The notes under the pieces: model-generated
Seen by the model: the letters and a program-made list of their open reading frames with translations, nothing else
What the model was told of the DNA's origin: nothing
The model's database searches: none
Part shown: piece by piece, positions 60,375 to 64,000 of the stretch
Position numbering within the stretch: the stretch's first letter is position 1
Layout of the letters: each line of letters begins with the position of its first letter
Origin: Utricularia gibba
Lineage: Eukaryota; Plantae; Magnoliophyta
Direction: 5' to 3'
Length of the DNA stretch: 64,000 nucleotides
Assembly: GCA_002189035.1 (NCBI GenBank)
Contig: NEEC01000012.1
Coordinates: 744,001 to 808,000 of the forward strand
Made by a program: the position numbers and the translations under genes

Positions 60375-63300
60375 ATGGGTTGTAGTGGGTCAAAGGCCGA
60401 CGGCACCTTGGAGTTGGTGATTCGATGTCGAGAGAGGAGGGACCTCATACGCGCTGCCGCGGACCACCGCTACGCTCTTGCTGCCGCCCATGTTTCCTAC
60501 TTTAGGTCGCTCGAGGACATAGGGAATGCGCTGAGGAAGTTCGTTGATGAAGATATCATTGTTGCTGCGTCTGCTTCCTCCTCTTCCTCTCTGTCATCCC
60601 CATCTCTCATCTTGCCTCCCTCTTCCAAGAAAAAACTTGATGAATATCCGCTGCATTTGCATCACGATGATGAATCGGGGTCGGATTCTGAGTCGGAACC
60701 TTCAGGGGATCCACATGATTGCGAACATCGGCATCGGAATGAACCAGACCACGTTTCACATCCCACTGATAACAAGGCCGCTGTGGAAACGAGTTTTGAT
60801 GAGCAAGTCGGGCAGTGGCGTGAGCAGGAATCTTCTTTTCATCCTCTCGGAGCCTTCGGCGGATATCCCTATGGTTATGTCGACGGTCTGCCGAATAACC
60901 AGTATCCCAGAAATCCTCGTCCGTATCCTCCGCCTTACCACCGCTCCTATCCTGATCCTTCTTATACGGATCCCTGGAATCTAGGGGAGGAGGAGCGCCA
61001 ACACTGCAGCCGTGGTATTACCCAACTACCTCCAATGTGTACTACATGAAGAAATCTGCGCCAGCGACAAAAACTGTCATTCAAGAACCGCTGCCCGGCG
61101 ATTACTCAGATTCTTATGGAAACTTTCCGGCTGGTTACGGCGGTAAATACGGCTATTTCTACGAGGTCCCATCTAATAGAATGGGAAACGCTGGCGATAC
61201 TGCTGGTGCCGGACAAAACTCAGCTCCTCCGCCACCATCACCCAAGTCGTCGGCGTGGGATTTTCTCAATCCATTCGATGGATTTGAGAATTCATGTCCA
61301 AGCTATTTTTCTAGAGGAGGAAATGCATATGGATCTAACCCTAGTAGCCCAGGTTCGAGCGAGGTCAGGGAGAGGGAAGGGATTCCTGATCTGGAAGAGG
61401 TGACTGAGACCGAGATGTTTAAAGGATTGAAGTTGGATAACAAATCGAAAACTGGGTCAAGAAAGAGTTCAGGGAAAAGGCCTTCCGGAAGGAAGGGTTT
61501 TGCAGATGGCCCTGCACGATCAAGAATTAGCAACACGAGAAGAAAAGGCGAGGGTTACTCAAGATCAGTGCCAGTGAATAAGACTGAACACGGTGCAAGA
61601 AGTCATGGAAATGAAATTAGATCAAGATCAACACTATCACCGAGTAGTGGGGACAGCGATGGAACTTTTCTGACACCCCAGTTAGAGACAGAGAGCCCAA
61701 AGCCATCTTCCCCTTCAAATCATGTCGAGATAACCACGGAACATTCCAGTCCTACACAATATAGCGATGAAAAATCATTGGTGGATGAAGCTCCCAACTT
61801 AGATTTAGAGGGTTCAGTCCATTTCACAAATGATGAAAGCAGTGACAATGTTTTGTCAAAGAGTATGGATGAGGCTTCCTTGAAGAAGACAGGTGTGGTA
61901 TTCGAAGTTGAGGAAGCATCCAACCATGATGGCGATTCATCGAAACACAGTACCATGACCGTCCAACCACCCAGTGGAAAGAGGGACCTGAAAGGTGTGG
62001 TGGCTGAAATCAGAGATGAATTTGAGGCGGCCGCTACATATGGCAAAGAGGTTGCCATGTTGCTTGAGGTAGGCAAGGTGCCTTATGAATCCAACTTTCT
62101 TAAAGGTGTGTTCTATATGATAATCTCGTTAGTATTGATTTATTTTTCTTAGGAAGCTTAGTTTATAGTGTTATTTGTTTCCATATTTTTCCGACTGTTT
62201 GCAGCAATGCTCTTTCGTTTACTGTGCTTGATTTCGCCATCAATGCCATCACATAAGCCTGAAAAAAGGAAATCCATGAAGTCAGCTACTAGAACCATGA
62301 AGTTGGCTGCCCCGCCTTCTGAAGATGACAAGGCTCTTACCCTTTCATCAACTCTGGACAAGCTTTATGCTTGGGAGAAGAAGTTATACAAGGAGGTTAA
62401 GGTAGAGTGCATTCAGTTTGTATCATATTGGGGCGTGAGATTCAGATATGAGTTGGATGAAAATTCCAAATGGGAAAGGAATTTTTTTTTTTTTTTTTTG
62501 CACGCTCATAGTTGAGAACGGGGTTATTAGTGCATGCCTTTCATTGAGATGACTAAAATCCTGTTTTTCTACATATGCACAGCACTTTATATTGTGGTTC
62601 GTGACTGTTATATGATGTTTTATAAATCCTGTGTTGTGGTATATGCTTTTGGTTATGGTTTGCTATTTCTGCGATTAGGATGAAGAAAGACTCAGAATCA
62701 TGTATTTGAAGGCACGTAATAAATTAAAGGACTTAGACAAGCAAGGAGCAGACCATAGTAAGCTTGATGCAGCGCGCATTTCTGTCTTAAGATTATTATC
62801 AAAGCTTGACATGAGTATCAGAGCAATCGAGGCTATTGCACGCAGCATACACAAGTTGAGAGATGAAGAATTACAGCCTCAGGTTGCTGCTCTAATTTTC
62901 GGGTATGAACATGTTTTTTAGCAGCTTCTTCTGCAGTTGGATATTCTTGCATGGTTGCAAAAACTGGAGACTCACTTGTGTCACTTATTTACTGTGTTTC
63001 CAAGGCTGATTAATATGTGGAGGGCTATGCTCAAATGCCATCAAAAACAGTTTAGAGCAATTATGGATAGCAAAATGCGGCGTCTGAAAGCAATCATGGG
63101 TCATGACAAAGATTCCAGCTCTAGAGCTTCAGTTGAGCTTGAGAAACACCTTCGTGTTTGGTGTGAGCGTTTCAATGAATGGATTCGCACCCAGAAATCT
63201 TATGTGGAGACGTTGAACGGGTGGCTCCTCCAGTGCCTTCATTATATACCCGAAGAGACCCCTGACGGGCCAGCACCCTATTCCCCTGCTAAGCTTGGGG

Positions 63301-63809
63301 CTCCCCCTATTTTCATTATTTGCAATGACTGGCAACATGCCATGAAATCTATCTCTGAGGCAAGAGTAGCAGACGCCATGGACACCTTTGCTGCGAGTTT
63401 GAGGCACTTGTGGGAAAAACAAGATGAGGAAGCTCGCCAGAGGCTGAAAGCAGAATACCTCATGAAAAATTACGAGACACTGCTCGGAACCCAGGACGAG
63501 ACTGGGACAAGGAAAATAAAAGATGCCAGAGCAGATAAGCCTGGACGACTATCCATGGTTGCATCTGATACTGGGGCATTAGTACTGGAAGACTACAATA
63601 AATTGGACATAGATTCGATGCGGCAGAGGTTAGCTGAGGAGCACACAAAGCACAAGGACTCACTGAAATTAGTCCACGACGCAGCTTCTAGCAGCCTACA
63701 GGGAGGCCTTGTTCCCATTTTCAAGGCCTTGGAGAGCTTCACGGCCGAAGCCCTGCAAGCACACGAGAATGTCAGACTGCAGCAGCAGCAGAAGGTTGAG
63801 AGGAGCTGA
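60375..63809 (+). CDS. DUF630/DUF632 protein (NRG2/APSR1/REL2 family). Exons: 60375-62105 (1-bp frameshift at 60984-60987), 62205-62401, 62679-62902, 63005-63809
   Basis: DUF630 MGCSGSK..CRERR..ALAAAHVSYFRSL; AWDFLNPF; DUF632 STLDKLYAWEKKLYKEVK|DEERLRI, IHKLRDEELQPQ, YVETLNGWL and APPIFIICNDW. GT-AG introns with compatible phases. Confidence 0.93.
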
Positions 63810-64000
63810 TAAGCATGCAGAACAATTTTGTAGTGTAATTGTTGGAGAGCCAGCTTTCGTGTATATCACATCAGGCCGCAGTCCCCGTTGCAGGAGATGA
63901 AGCTGAAGTGCAAGGGGCTGCAACTTCAGCCAATGAGTCGTAGCTCCGTTCTCCTCCAGCGGTTGTGTACATATGCGCCAGTGTCATCTATTCCCTCCCC

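Overview
Eudicot plant nuclear DNA; there are no prokaryotic features. Host genes: an intronless SCL1-like GRAS factor (3978-5654, +), a 2-exon NdhM (minus) stranded inside a transposon island, a 9-exon CCCH zinc-finger gene (C3H7-like, minus), an 8-exon plastid NAD kinase NADK2 (minus) and a 4-exon DUF630/DUF632 gene (+). NADK2 and the DUF630/632 gene each carry a 1-bp frameshift at a GGGG run, most simply explained as an assembly error. About 6-47 kb is a nested transposon island. It holds two Tat/Retand-type Ty3/gypsy elements, several Athila-like fragments and solo LTRs, an Angela-like copia solo LTR, copia remnants and a deleted hAT element. The most notable observation is that both Tat elements carry a homologous antisense gene with three short GT-AG introns at identical codon positions and phases. 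One of the two elements has lost gag-pol but kept this gene. All coordinates, alignments and family assignments were made by eye; no searches were run.
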